A stretch of DNA of 64,000 nucleotides from Heteronotia binoei. Lineage: Eukaryota. Position 1 is the stretch's first letter. Each line of letters begins with the position of its first letter. Shown piece after piece: positions 22,658 to 36,419 of the stretch. The notes under the pieces were generated by a model. The model did no database searches and had not been told where the DNA came from. It worked only from the letters and a program-made list of their open reading frames with translations. Location: the NCBI RefSeq assembly GCF_032191835.1, contig NC_083243.1, positions 144,026,001 through 144,090,000 of the forward strand, written 5' to 3'. The position numbers and the translations under genes were made by a program.

Positions 22658-25015
22658 GCAATCGGCAATCAGAAGCCGATAATGGAATGGCAGGTGGCTT
22701 CTGATCTCCTGCTAGGGAAATTTTGCCCTGCACCCAGGGAAGTTTTTCTTTTGCCGGGGAGGGGGGGAGGGGGAGTGGATCAGCTGTCACAAATTGCATT
22801 AAGCAGCGCCTCTAATTCAGGGATGCCAAACATGTGGCCCATGGGATGGATCCTGCCCCCCCCCCCCGGGCTCATATCTATCCCATTAGCAACTGGCTCT
22901 CTTCTGCTTACTTCTCCCTCTCTCCTGCTTCCTTCTACATTACTGAAAAAACAGGGATGAAGAGAAAGACTAAGCAAACAAAAACACCAGATATCTTCCT
23001 TGTTCAATGAAATAATATACTTAATTACACAAAAACAAGAAAAATACACAAAATACTAGTAATACTTATGGGGAAAAGTCAAAATGTTATAACACACACA
23101 CTACTGCCAATAAATACAATAGTCAGAATAACAAAACCCAAGCCACCAAGTTCCAATACAATTCCAGGCTTCCAAGGAATATGTAAAGAATGTTCAATAC
23201 TCAAGAGCAGTTTAATGTAAATTCTCCAAATGTGCATAAAGTAGGTTCTCAAACGGAATTTCAGTTGTTATACTTTCTGTTTTGATAAATATCTTTTATC
23301 AAGAGACGCACATATAAGCAACTTAAACTTTTACACTGAGGCTCTCAAAACTATGTATCAAATTCACAATATTTATTTTAATGCTTCTTATCTCTGGAGC
23401 CTTATAGCCTCTGTAACATTCAAGACACAGTGGTACATGCTATTTGCAGAGACCAGCTTGCTCGTTGTTACTGAAACTGAGAAAGGGAGTTTTGTGGGGG
23501 AGAGCTGCAAAGGAGTTGCTGTGGCTGAAAGAAGCCGTCTTCAGCATTGAATTAGTTACAGTGGATTCTCCAGTATTCTTTGGACTTTTGATTACCTTTA
23601 CATTTGGTGGATCTGTTTAATATTTGTTCATCCTTTTAGACAAATTATGGACTTATTTTCTAAAGTTTCTGTGACGTTTGCAGTTTGCTAACTGATGGAT
23701 TCTTTATGAATATATTGAGTATTTGATAAGATGGTTTAATTGTTGCTTTGTGGTTTGAAGACTGGGTACACAGTTGTGATATTCTTGTAATGATTCAGAT
23801 ATATGCATGCACTTAACACATCCTAGACAGAAGTACATCTCAGTAATGTTTTGGCCTCATTAAAGGTGTAGTATACAATATCAGAAAATCTCTGCTTTCA
23901 TTTTAAGGCTTTATTAAAGCATAACTATTAGATTCTTAACTGACTAAATCAACTAAATCATCCATCCATCATCACTTCATAGATAATTAAAGGAGAGCAA
24001 TTATATGGGTCCATAAAAGTTTCTTACTCCCCCCCCCCCAAAAAAAAATATAATAATATGCAGGTCACAGGCAAGCAAACCCTTCTGAGAAAAAAGCTCT
24101 CAATCCATTCAACTCCCCCTATGTATAGACTTTAACATCATCTCCTAACTGTCCCACTTGATAAGTGTGCATATTCTGGGCTAACTCCATTATCTCATAA
24201 CTTCAAACACCATACAAGGTTATCTATACTTGAAATATCTTCTTAAATATATAAAAATCATTAATTAATTATTTTTATCTTAACGAAGCCTTTTCAAACA
24301 GTGATTACAAGTTCCTCATACATGTGAATATATTTTGGACTTCAACCAACACAGCTGTCTTTGAATGATAGCTTCATTTCTGCAAATCTGGACATTCCCA
24401 GATGCCTTCTACATACAGGTCTCAACAAACAGTAACTAACAGTATAATTAGTGGAAATACCAGCTATATAATTCTCTCAGAGAGCAGCTAGGGATGCAAG
24501 AGGTCTGCTCCCCAGTCATCACCATTGCAAGTCTCCTACTGCCTGACAAATCTTTGTGTTGGACTGCATATTCCAGAATGTTCTGAATTATGTAAGTACA
24601 TGCCCTTTCCTTTCCCAGCCAAGAGGAAGCCTTCCTGAGGAATGGGCAGCTGTTCTACAACCTCCACATAAGTTCATAGGCCTACTACTGCATGTGCCCT
24701 TTTCTCCAGATGCCCACAAGGTACATGTCTTTGAGATGTCTGAGCTATACACCCAGCTAGTTGGTAGGCCATATAGTTTCTGGATGAGTGTAGGTAGCAA
24801 AGAGCAGCAACCAGAACCGTGAATGGGAATGTAAATGAAACATTTGCTTCTCCCTCTTCCAACAGGAAATAAGATGTACCTCCCCAAATGACAGTAGAAT
24901 GATCACTTATTGCCAAACAAGGAATGTAGGGAGGTTGATTTCAGATATGAAATCTGTGTATTTGGCTCAGAATGTCTAATTAAGCTATTTCATTTGTTTA
25001 AACTTCCTCACTCAC

Positions 25016-25084
25016 TTCCAGACAATCTGAGTCAACTTTCTCTATCCACAAAGTCTCTGTAATCATCTTCAGTTTATCTTGTGC
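25016..25084 (-). CDS. Candidate exon V (phase 0-0): AQDKLKMITETLWIEKVDSDCLE
   Basis: AG acceptor (alternative 6 nt upstream), GAA|gtgagt donor; only one frame is open. Confidence 0.35.
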
Positions 25085-27359
25085 CTGATGCTTGTTTTTA
25101 CAGATGAAAAGATGAAATGTATTGGCCTCCCTCTTGTCTGTTTCTACCCCATCCCCGCCCACCCCCCACAGGATGATAGCTCTGCGACACAATTCAAAAT
25201 CCACAGGAATTGATAGTGGCCAGTTGAGGACAAGTGGGGTGGAATTCAAGCCATTACTGGAATTCTAATTGGAGACGGATCTAGAGGAGAACTTAACAGC
25301 TCCTTGCTTGTCCTCTTGGGTCTGATGCCTTACAGGAAATGAGTTTGAAGGGTTCAGAAGCAGGTCAAAGAACTCGCATCACTGCCAGCTGCTCTGATGA
25401 CCCCAGCAGTGTGTTTTGAGAAACCTGATAGACTTGCTTATTATTAAAGCCTTTTCTTCTCCCAAGAAGTCACGTCTAAAGCCATGTTCCACCAGACACA
25501 CAGCTAGCCTATTGCATCTTTTCTCCTCCACATGCTTTTCAAATGACATTTGCTATATGAGCTAAGACTACAGCAATGAAGAAAATGCTGTGTTGTAACT
25601 TGGGGCTGGATGTGTTTGCAGAGAACATTCCTTGTTTACAGCATTTGTTGTGCCTGTTCTTCTCTGTACCTCCCCTGTGGATCCCAAACGAGAGCTGGAA
25701 ATTCCTGGAGTCTGCTATCCTAATTCAGCGAGATGTAATTAACAGAAACTAGCATTTTAACATGGAGCTGCTAAAATAGAGGAGGTGGGCAGCAGTTCAG
25801 CTGTTCAAAATTGAAAGCCAGGTGTCCATGCTTTTGCTGTACTCTAAACAGGTAGGTTTGCTAGGGTATAACTCAAAACAGAAAAGGTAAATAATCATAT
25901 TAGTCACAGGGAAGAATCAAACACAGCTGGCTCCCTTCTCATATTATTCAGATGGCAAGAAATCTGTAGTATAAAATCCCTAGCAAATATTGAACTATTG
26001 ATAATAATATCAATATATATTCAGTAAATATAAAACATTTGTGCTGATTGAAGAGACACAAGTCAGCAAGAAAAAATATCTAGTCAGCATCCTTTTTCCA
26101 CTGGAGGCCAACCAGATTCCATTCCCTGGGAACCTCACAAGAAGTATGTCAAGTCCTTGACCAGTTTTTGCCCATTAGTAGTGTCAAGCCTGGGTATTTT
26201 GATATAAAATGGTTGAACAAATGTCAGGTCAATACTCTGGTCCCTCTCCGTTATTTACAACCTAGCAACCATGTACGCCTTGCCATCTGGCAAAGAATGT
26301 TTATGTTACTGGGAAAGGCATGCTATGTCTGAAGAGTGCACTCCCTAAATTTCACAGGCTCCTTATCAGTTCACGATGTAGTGTGAGAATGCTTTTGTAG
26401 TGTAAAATACAGTTACTGCTGTACCCTTTGAACCTTAGATTTGAATGAAGCGCCTTTTGTAACAGTTTATGATACCCTATATAGAACCATGTAACCTCTG
26501 GTATCTCAGTATTTCCATGTTCCTAAATAAACCAGTCTATTATTGGGAATCCATTATTGGGAATCTCGGGGTTTGACAAGTAGTTAGTATTCAACGACAT
26601 ACTTAATTTGGTTATTATGGCTAATTGCCATTGAAATAGCTCTCTTGTGTCCAAGTGTACACAGTTGATGCAGATGTGCAATGTTCAGTTCAGTCTCTAA
26701 TGAACCTAATGTATATATCTGATGGTGGGGGGATGCACATCACAATCAGAAGCTACCATCTTGCTGGAATGTCACACCCAAGAGGACCAGAGACATGGGT
26801 GAACAAATGGCTGTAATATTTTCCCTCCCTCTTGAGGCAAGAAGATCAGAATGAATCCTGGAGGGGGCAGACACTCCAAGAAGGGATAATAAATTTTCTG
26901 GACAAAGTTCTCTTCTATCTTGCTCTTCTCCATTAATGGGTACAAGCCATGAAGAACCACATCTTTAGGCAGGGATTCCATCTTGCTCACGTGGCAAGGG
27001 ACACTTAAACTACTTTACTGCAAGTTATACTGGCCTGTCCTAATTAAACATCATTTAGGATAAGTACCAAAGGTAGGATGAAAAGACTATGTGTTTTCAC
27101 CTGTTTATTGTTTCCTTGCTCAGCCTAATGCCTGAACAAATTAAGAGTACTTTCAAAATTTTGTTTCTTAGGCTTTTTTACATTTTGAATACTTGGAACA
27201 TAATCTCTATGAATACACCAAGCCTATTTGATCTTGCTACGTAAAGTATGGCAATGGGGAAGAACAACAGATAAGCTCCCCATCTCTTGAGTGTGATTGC
27301 TCAAAATAACAAAAGGGTGATTAATCATCCCTAAACTAGACTGTAGGAGTTAAGCGGAT

Positions 27360-28290
27360 ATTTATTATTTTATTAATTCAGTTTCTTGAATTAATAATTC
27401 AATTATTAATCCAGTTTATTAATTTGATTTCTCAAGTGGACTCAGGGCAAGTTACAGAGTCACATAAGAATTGTAACAAACAAATAGAAAGTTAACAATA
27501 AAATTGACATTAAAATCAGTTATGAAACAAACCACAGCAAGCTCCCCTTGATAACAAGCTTGGATGAAGACATTTCAGAGCAGTGCAGCTGGGTAGCTTG
27601 CAAGATTTAGAGAATCAGCATTATCAGCAGGGGAAGGCCAAGATGGATTTGGACAGCCAGGGCCTCAACCAAAAGCCCAGTGGAACTGCTCTGTTTTACA
27701 GGCCCTGCAGAATTGTAATGAGTCCTACAGGACCCTGATCACCATCCCTGGTTGAAGCTTATCAGATGTCCTTTGGGCTGGGGACAGCTAAAAGATGTTG
27801 ATTGCTAAAGTTCTGCAGGGCACATATGGGGATAAGCAGTTCTGAAGATATTCAGGTCCCTGGACACAAAGGGCTTTGAAGGTTAACAGCAAAACCTTGA
27901 ACCGGGTTTGGTACAATATTGGTGGCCAGTGCGGTTGGTGTAACATGGGCTGAATGTGCACCCCCACAGTCATTGTTGTCAACATCCATGCTGCTGCATT
28001 CTGCAGCAGCTGCAGGTTTTGGGTCAAGTGGGAAGCCCCACATAGAGTGAGTTTCAATAACCAATCTGGTAGTTATCATTACATGGTTCACTGTAGCTAA
28101 TGAGATATGAGAAATGAGATAGGGAACCAGTTGCCTGACCAGCGAGATATGATAGAAATCTGATTGAATAATGGTGAAAAGTTGGGCCTCCATAGAAAGG
28201 GAGGAATCTAAGACCACCCCTAAGCTCTTCACCAACAGCAACAGCAGTGTCCCATCAAAGGTTGGGAACAATACTCCCCCTAAACTATGG
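27360..28290 (-). mobile_element. L2 LINE 3' fragment, decayed
   Basis: VKSLGVVLDSSLSMEAQ, LQLLQNAAA and RFKVLLLTFKAL, spread across frameshifts. Confidence 0.8.
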
Positions 28291-28462
28291 AGGCTTGTGA
28301 GCAAAAATTCTACTTCATGATCTAGTGGCATTAAAGTTATGGGCTACTGCATAAATTAATTTGCTCTGGGGCCCTTTTTATTGAGCTAAGAAAAGAAGGT
28401 GTGAGCTGGAGGCTAAAAAGTTGTGAGTTAGCTCACACTAATTCAGCTTAGAGGGAACACTG
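28281..28462. mobile_element. MITE fragment of the same family as 8321-8520, ending in ...CAGCTTAGAGGGAACACTG
   Basis: Dispersed similarity within the window; terminal CA..TG-type end. Confidence 0.5.
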
Positions 28463-29048
28463 GTTGGGAACTGGATTCCCAATCCCAGATTTCCATAGCT
28501 CAGGTACAGGACCTCCATCTTCATTGGATTCCCATCAATGTGAAGAAAGATTGTCCTTTTCCTATGTAGAAGCTGCCGGGAGGGGGAAGGCAATGGAAAG
28601 CTGAAAGAGGGACAGATAAAGAGGAGATACGGTTGCCAACTCCAGGTTAGGAAATTCCAGGAGATTTAAGGAGTTGGGTTTGAAGAGGGATGAAACCTCA
28701 GACAGATACAATGCCATTTCCTCCTGAGGAACCATTGTTGTCAATCTCCAGGTGAGGGCTGGAGATCATTCAGAATTACAACTGCTCTCCAGATGACAGA
28801 CATCAGCTCCTCTTCAGGTGTGTGGGGGAAGTGCATGCCTTCACTTTGGTGGGTGGAAGACAGCAAGGGTGGGGAGAACTCACCCAGAGTCTTTTTCTAG
28901 AGCCCATTGTATTTTCTTCACAATGGGCCTTATTAGTAGTACTTTTATAAATGAAGCAAATAATACCAAAACACTAAGTTCGCAGACCCTTCTCCCTCCA
29001 AAGGAAACCAGCTTCAATAAGCACTAACCCTTGCAACTTATCACTCAC

Positions 29049-29126
29049 TAGGGAACTGGGGGATATAACAATATAAAGAACAGCACTATTGTTCCTTGTA
29101 TGATCTGCCAGACTTCTCTTAGATAT
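29049..29126 (-). CDS. Candidate exon U (phase 0-0): ISKRSLADHTRNNSAVLYIVISPSSL
   Basis: ggtccttttcag| ... |gtgagt. Confidence 0.33.
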
Positions 29127-29312
29127 CTGAAAAGGACCAACTTTTCATCAATCAAATAGTTATCAGAAGAGCATCTTCCTCCCTATTTTTCTGATTTTAT
29201 TTGAAGTACAAAATCCAGTAGAGAAACAGGAGATGGAGTAAATAATCACAGTGTCCTTTTTCTAGATACATATCTGTATTTAAACAGGTTGCAAATTTAT
29301 GTTCTGACCTTT

Positions 29313-29593
29313 AGAAGAAGAAGAAATGCAGATTTATACTCCACCCTTCTCTCTGAATCAGAGACTCAGAGCGGCTTACAATCTCCTTTATCCTCTCCCC
29401 CCACAACAAATACCCTGTGAGGTGGGTGGGGCTGAGAGGGCTCTCACAGTGGCTGCCCTTTCAAGGACAACCTCTGCTATTGCTATGGCTAACCCAAGGC
29501 CATTCCAGCAGGTGCAAGTGGAGGAGTGAGGAATCAAACCCGGTTCTCCCACATAAGAGTCCATGCACTTAATCACTACACCAAACTGGCTCT
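29313..29593 (-). mobile_element. Squam3-like SINE, second copy
   Basis: Colinear with and similar to 7848-8132; (TTC)n tail. Confidence 0.88.
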
Positions 29594-29687
29594 TTAAAAC
29601 TGGTGCATACTGTAACAAGTGTATCGTACGTGAAGAAAAATAATCTAACAGACCAGGAAGCAGTACAGTAATTGAATAATAAATTAC

Positions 29688-29728
29688 CTGTACATTAGGC
29701 ATTTTTTTTTCTAAGAGGACAAGCTGCC
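29688..29728 (-). CDS. Candidate host-gene exon T (phase 1-0): xQLVLLEKKMPNVQ
   Basis: ttccattccttttgagattag| ... CAG|gtaatt. Confidence 0.3.
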
Positions 29729-30934
29729 CTAATCTCAAAAGGAATGGAAATAATTTTGGCTAGGTTTCTCCCTGAAAAAGCAACAAAAGAGCAAACCAAA
29801 AATGCAAACAATTTTAATTGATTCCGCCTGGCTCCTTGGGGGCTGCTGTGTTCCTCAGCTTGTGTGACCCAAAAGTAGTTGTCCTCTAACTATCTGTAGA
29901 TAACCTACTCAGACATTTGGAGTACATAGAAGGCCACTGAGCAAGAGGTCAGAGACTAGGGAGGAATGCCTCTGAAGGCAAATGTAAAATCTGACAAGGA
30001 CTCATCTCCAAAGCTGAGGCTCAGAGATGGATGTACCATTGAAGGGGCCTGGTCACGGTGTATTTGCTTGGCAAATCAACTGTATTTCTGTTTAGATTTT
30101 TTAAAAGAATGTCAGTATGCACATGGCATTGTACAAACATTACAATAAACAAAGACTCCCCCAAAGGACATACAAGATGGAGGAGTAGGACTCAAAGAAG
30201 ATGACCAAAGGAAATAACAATTTGGATTTCTTTCAAAGTAATTCAATATTCTCCAAGAGAGGATACTTGTTATGTTTACTTGGAACCTGTACATGTAGTG
30301 ACTCATGAAGCCAAACATAGCCCATCAGCCATAAATTGTGGCCTGCCAAGCATTTGACAACCTTCCTGTTTTTTCAACCCCAGGGAAGCAGCAAAAACAG
30401 AAACCTTTGCAAGCTGATGGTCAAGTACCATAGATCGATAATGTACCATGTTAGGCTCAGTGGATCACACAAACTGTATAGGCTTCTTCCAGAGGGAGCT
30501 CCTAAGAGTGGAGCTTGAATAACTTAAATGGCAGAAATGAGACTGGTGAAAAACTAGAAAAGCCATGGCATTGAGTTTTCTGACAATGTATTCATTACTG
30601 CAACCTCCTTATGCACAGAATGCTTAACAGAGTTTTAAAACCATGAGGTTTTCAGAACATCATAAGAACAATTGGCAGATAAAGAATGAAGGTATGAGAA
30701 GGTAACTGCCTCTCACTGACTAACATACAGATTCTTGAATTTCATCACTAGACAGCTGCCCTAGGTGAACTCACTCCACTAAAGACACTATACATTTTTC
30801 ACCTTCTGAAATGGATGCTAAACTACAAAACACTATTCTCAGTCTCTTCTTTACTATTTCTTTATGTGGTCCTCTTCTGTTCTATATGTCCCAGGGCCAT
30901 GTGGAGGAAACACTGATTGCCTCAGCTTGTCAAG

Positions 30935-31110
30935 TTAGAATCATAGAATTGGAAGGGGCCTCCAAGGTCATCTAGTCCAACCCCCTGCACAATGCAGGAA
31001 ATTCACAAATCCCTCCCCCCACATCCCCAGTTACCTCTGCTCCATGCCCAGAAGATGGCAAAAAAACAAACAAACCTCCAGGATCCCTGGCCAAACTAGC
31101 AGGAGAAAAT
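30935..31110 (-). mobile_element. CR1 LINE 3'UTR fragment
   Basis: TAGAATCATAGAA is the reverse complement of the CR1 (TTCTATGA)n tail; GGAAGGG.CCTCC..GGTCATCTAGTCCAACCCCCTGC. Confidence 0.7.
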
Positions 31111-31136
31111 TGGTGCTCAACATTTCCCTGGGCATG

Positions 31137-31740
31137 TAATTTAATTTTAATTTAATTTAATTTAATTTAATTTTTCTCAGGTGACAATGTCAACATCCAT
31201 GCAGCAGCGTTCTGCACCAGCTGGAGTTTCTGGAGCAGGGTCAAGGGTAGCCCCACATAAAGAGAGTTACAATAATCTAGCCTGGAAGTGGCCATCACAT
31301 GTATCACTGTGATCAGGTTGCAAGGAGCGAGATACGGGACTGACTGTCTGACCTGCCTCAGATGGAAAAAGGCCAATTTGGCAATGGTGGTAACCTGGGC
31401 CTCCATAGTCAGAGAGACATCCAGAAGCACCCGCAAGCTCTTCACCCCTAATGTGGGCACCAATGGAGCTCCATCAAAGGATAGGAGCCTCATCTCTGAT
31501 CCCAGCCCCCTGTAACCTAGGCACAGGACCTTATCTTCGATGGATTCAGTTTCAGCCAGCTCTGTTGCAACCAATCAACCATAGCTTGCAATGCCCAACC
31601 CAGTTCCTCCGGGGCCGAATCTGGGCGGCCATCCATCAGCAGATGGAGCTGGGCACCATCTGCATACTGATGACACCCCAGCCCATATCTCTGAATAATC
31701 TGGGAGAGGGGGTGCATATCACCTCTAAATTGTCTCCTTC
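31137..31740 (-). mobile_element. L2 LINE RT fragment, decayed
   Basis: YGLGCHQYADGAQLHL, VKSLRVLLDVSLTMEAQ and TSRLDYCNSLYVGLP. Confidence 0.85.
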
Positions 31741-31929
31741 CAGGCTAAACATACCCATATCCTTCAAACTTCATTTGTTATACTTGTATTGTTTAGTTTA
31801 TAATTGGATAAATACCTGGAAGATTATATAGTTGAGGACTTTGTAAGCACCAAGTAAGAACCTATTTAATGTTGTTGTTGTTGTTGTTATATAAATGATC
31901 TCACTTTGATCAAAATAATTCTTCCTCCT

Positions 31930-32028
31930 TCTGAGAGTTCCACCTCCTTGCCCATTGAATAGTATGTGCAGCTGCATAACAATCCCTGGATGAGCTCCAC
32001 CACCTATTTTTCTACAAAACGACCCTTG
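31930..32028 (-). mobile_element. Same MITE family, partial
   Basis: GCAGCTGCATAACAATCCCTGGATGAGCTCCACCACCTATTTTTCTACAAAACGACCC. Confidence 0.65.
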
Positions 32029-34353
32029 GATATACACAACTTAAAATTTCCAGAAATTTTATATCTCTGTAGACCACAATCCAGGATCTTTTTTGTGGTG
32101 GCACTCACTGGTATTGAGTATGGATGTCTTTTAGAGAATCTTTCCTAACTCCTGATTCTGCTGCGTGCTGGCCTGCCACACTCAGACACAGAGAGACTGG
32201 ACCCTCTGGAACAGCCTAGTGGGCATCTGCAGAGGGAGAGGGGAATTGGTGAAAATCAACACAACTTTATATATATGATTACTGATGCCTTTTTACAAAA
32301 CAAAAGCCAAAAAAGCACTGCTCATATTGCTTATTAATTCAGATGCTAAAATCTTCACTGCAGTCCTGGCTAGCAAGATGCAGTAGGTGATTTCCAATTT
32401 GATAACCAGGTCAGATTTGTTAATAAAAGATAGCTTTATGTTTACTGGTATAATAATCATTTATGCTTACTGGCATCTTAAATCCAGTTAGGATCTTTTT
32501 TTGTAAGCTCTTGGAGGATTGGCTACATCAGAGGTATGTGGCCTAATATGCAAAGGAGCTCCTGCTATAATTCCACCCCTGCTTACTGGCAGGTTTAAGA
32601 TCCTTGCACAGAAATAAATTAGACCCAGCTATTATAACCTCACTTGATGCTGGAAAGGTATTCAATAAAATTCCTTCTGGAAATTTCTGATAGCCACACT
32701 GCAGTACAAAAATAGTATTTATTGCACATAACCAAAGGCCATACAATTAAAACAAACAACATAAATCATAAATCACATCGCTAAAATAACCAGATATAAA
32801 AATATTCACCAAGTTAAAACAATTCATTCTTCAGATACAACTTTTGTTTATATTTTCTTAGCTGCCAAAGCACTATATGAAATGTGCAAGTCTGAATCCA
32901 AAACAAGAAAGATCAGCTTCTTTGTTTCTGAAGAAAAGCTTAAGCCCTTCAAAAATGCAAGAAATTTGGTTCTTTGCTCTGTATAAGGAGGGCAGGGTAG
33001 AATACATCGCAGCACCATGAGTCCCACTTGCAGGAAATGGAGTGGGATAGAAAATAAATAAATAATAACAATACTTTTCTACCATTGTTCATCAGTTGGA
33101 TCCAAGCATGGTACGGGGACCCCAAATCTCTAATTATTGCAAATGGTATCATTTAATAAGCTATTCATTGCAAAGAGGTATTAGGCAAGGTTGCCTCCTT
33201 CCCCAAAATTATGAAGATCTCTAAAGATTCAGTACTTCCAAAAGGTAGCACATATACCTTTTCATAGTAGAATGTTTCCGATACCAGATGTTCTTGTTTC
33301 ACATAGTCATTTGCAGTCCAGTGTGTACTGTTCGTAGTATTTGCCAGTAGGTTGATGTTCAAGAAATTACACACGGCAGCCATTACTGGGCATTCTTGAA
33401 GTTTGCAAGTACAGCACACTGAAGCAATAGGTCCAGTCCATCAGATTCCCAAGGTCTGATCCAAATTTTAAAACAGTGATGGCAATCCACCACAAATCTG
33501 GAAAAACATGCTCCTGATAGATTAAATTATAGAGTGTCAAGTAGTTGCCAAAGCATTGAAGATTAGGTTTTCATATTTTATGGCTGTGCTGTCAGAAGAA
33601 TGTAGCATCATACATAACTTTAACAATGAGAAAGGTAGAATGTATCCATCCTGTTGGCAACTATTAAACCATGTTGGAGAGGCTTCTGCTAAAATGAATG
33701 AACAAAACGTCAGCTGGAAAGTTAGCAGAGCTTAAAACACATGAGAAGGGTTCCTGGTGACATTTACCATGAGTATCAAGTGTGTAACTTACTGAGAACA
33801 CCAGACAGGTGTTGGATGAGATACACTATACACAGAAATACTGCAGGTTTTATTCAAACAGCTTTTGTGCCAGTAGTGCTTCCAAATACATAATGGATCC
33901 AGAAGACTCTGGCCATAAATCTGACAGGTTGTCACCCATTCTTAAAGCTATCATGCCTGGAATATCAACAGAAAACACATCCAGTTCACCACTTCTCCCT
34001 ACCTGCAGAATGCTTACTGGCATCTTAAATCCAGTAAGGCAGTAAATCCAGTAATCCACAAGAAGGATAAGTAAGCAATCTAATTTCTTGGATATTCTTC
34101 AGTTTTCTTGGGAAAGTGAGGAGAAAAGACAGTAAAAACTACAGAAAGATTAACTGACAACTAGACGAATGGAAAGTGGATACTATTTTTCACTGAGAGA
34201 TAATTTCTGTAAATAAAATCCTATCTACAGTACATCCATTTCTTCCCACAGTCCACTGAAATCACCAAGAACAAAAATTGGTGGAGGCAAGTGCTCTGAT
34301 AGAATTTTCAATAAGATCTTGTTAATGTGCTGTCTCAAAGAAATATAAATAAA

Positions 34354-34544
34354 CAGGGCTTTTTTGCAGAAAAAGCCCACCAGGAACTCATTTGCATATT
34401 AGGCCATGCTCCCATGTCACCATTGTTTCACACAGGGCTTTTTTTGTAGAAGAAAAACCAGCAGGAATTTATTTTCATATTAGGCCATACCCCCTGACAC
34501 CAAGCCAGCTGGAACTGTGTTCCTGCTAAAAAAAAAAAGCCCTG
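34354..34544. mobile_element. hAT-like MITE
   Basis: TIR CAGGGCTTTTTT / AAAAAAAGCCCTG; 8-bp TSD TAAATAAA / TAAATAGA (7 of 8 match). Confidence 0.8.
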
Positions 34545-35511
34545 TAAATAGAACAAAATTAGAATGGAGGAAGCCATCTTGACTTGCCACCATCTGAATT
34601 AGAAGGTGTGGTGAGTAAAATGACTGGGAACAATGAGTCATTCCAAAGAGAAACATCCACTTCTCCAGCTGCAGGACTACCATTAGCCATGTCTGCAAGA
34701 CAGAATAATTGTTGATTTTATACTTCCATGCAACAAATAAGACAGTTTCCTAAATATATAGCTTGAGAATGGTAAGAAGCAACAATGATTTCCCTTCAAG
34801 ATGAATTCCAGAGAGGTAAGATTGTCAGTGCACACTGCAGTGCACACTGCAGCCAAAACAATAAAAGCAAGTAAATTTACTGTAGCACAACCTTTCAGGA
34901 GGCAGAACCCAGTTTGTTAGAAGTGTTAGATTCAATTGACAATAGATTTACACAGTTCTTCTGTAAACAGAACAATTGTAGGTGGCGGTAGACCACTCCC
35001 TACTGGTGATGAATTTGGCAAAGAAAGAAGAATATGAACAGGTTACATAAACTTGCAAGGTAGTAAATTTAATATTCTTATTGATAGTATTCAATTTTCA
35101 TATGAATCTCAACTCAGCAACTGCTCACTAGATTCTCTTTGAAATTTTCTGGGAGTGGCAGAAGCAGTCTGTTCAGTATCTATTTCTTCAGCATCCCAAA
35201 CCCCAGACTCTTCCCTATAAAGTGTAGCTTTTGATGTCCAAGTTTAGTTTGTACTGTTGCTTTCCATGTCCCTTGTTTTGTATTGTTTCAGGTTCCCAGT
35301 AGTCTCTACTGCTCCAGAGATGGTTGAAAGAAGTTACTGTTACTACATACACTCTTGGACAAATAACATTTTCTTTTTTCTGGTGGGGTTTTTTTGTACT
35401 TGTGTGTGCGTGCACACATGCCCGGAAGTCAAGGCAACTTCTGCCAACTCCTGCTGGGGCATAGAGGATGTTCAGAGAAGTTGATTACAGCTTACCTCTG
35501 CCTCCCCCTCC

Positions 35512-35582
35512 TGGTATTCCAAGGAGATCTCCTATCCAAGTACTTGCCAAGGTTGGCCCTGCTTAGCTTCCAAGATCGGACT
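35512..35582 (-). pseudogene. 5S rRNA-derived SINE head (not a functional 5S gene)
   Basis: GGTATTCC.AGG.G.TCTCC.ATCCAAGTACT..CCA.G...G.CCCTGCTTAGCTTCC.AGATC is the reverse complement of the 5S internal control region, with many mismatches. Confidence 0.75.
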
Positions 35583-36419
35583 TGTCTGCACTATGCAGAT
35601 CAGGACTACAAATGACATTTTCAAGTGAGAATATCATTTGATAATGAAAGGATTCCTCTGGAAGTATGAAAAAACAGTTTGTGTAATTCTGCCTCTCTTG
35701 TGTCAGAGGCTTACACCATAGCTGTAAAGACAGCCATAGGATCAGAGGACATAGACATGCAAACTTCAGAGGAAGTCAAGTACTTTTTCTGCTTTTGTCC
35801 ACTACATTCCCTTTTTTGGTCTAACACATAGCATAGGATTAAGAATGATCACCATTAGAATCCACAGTGTGTGTACATCCAAAATGCTGTACACCCACTG
35901 ACCCCATGGCTGCTTTCACCCACACCTGGCACCGGTCACTGATGCATGGCAGTACATATAAGCATTCAAATCACTGACATTTTTAAAAGTACAGAAGGTT
36001 AGGTATATGAGGCTAACCGGGATAGTGTCTGGCAACATAAGCTAACTAAAAGTAAGCACAAGAATATTTGTTGGCATCAAGGCTCCATCTCTAGAGAGAG
36101 ATTCCACCCACTGCTGACACTCTTTGAGAGGTCATTCCTCTGCCAGTTCTTTTTATGGAACATTTCTGAGGGCTGGATGCATAATAACTCTTCTGCTGGA
36201 ATTAAGGGAATCGCGTGGAGTCACAATTACTGCATCTTCTCCAGTATCTTCATAGAAGCACAATATTAAAATGCTTGTGTACAAATTATACAAAAGTTTA
36301 AGGGGAACTAGAAATTTTACATGATATTTGTTGTCAAATATTAGTATAAAATTCCAACACACAAACACCAACCCATTATAAGGGAAGAGCAATCTATATC
36401 ATCCCAATATATATATTTC

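Noticed and set aside
27101-27131. 31-nt candidate exon between U and V
   Set aside because: Has a stop in the required phase and would break the frame.
32870-34710. Possible Ig/cytokine-receptor-like exons (e.g. TCQIYG...CIW..., CCTCKLQECP...)
   Set aside because: Good splice signals, but the phases do not join without assuming frameshifts, and there is no TM segment. Kept out of the exon chain.
35512-35582. 5S rRNA gene
   Set aside because: Partial and heavily mutated; a SINE-type 5S derivative.
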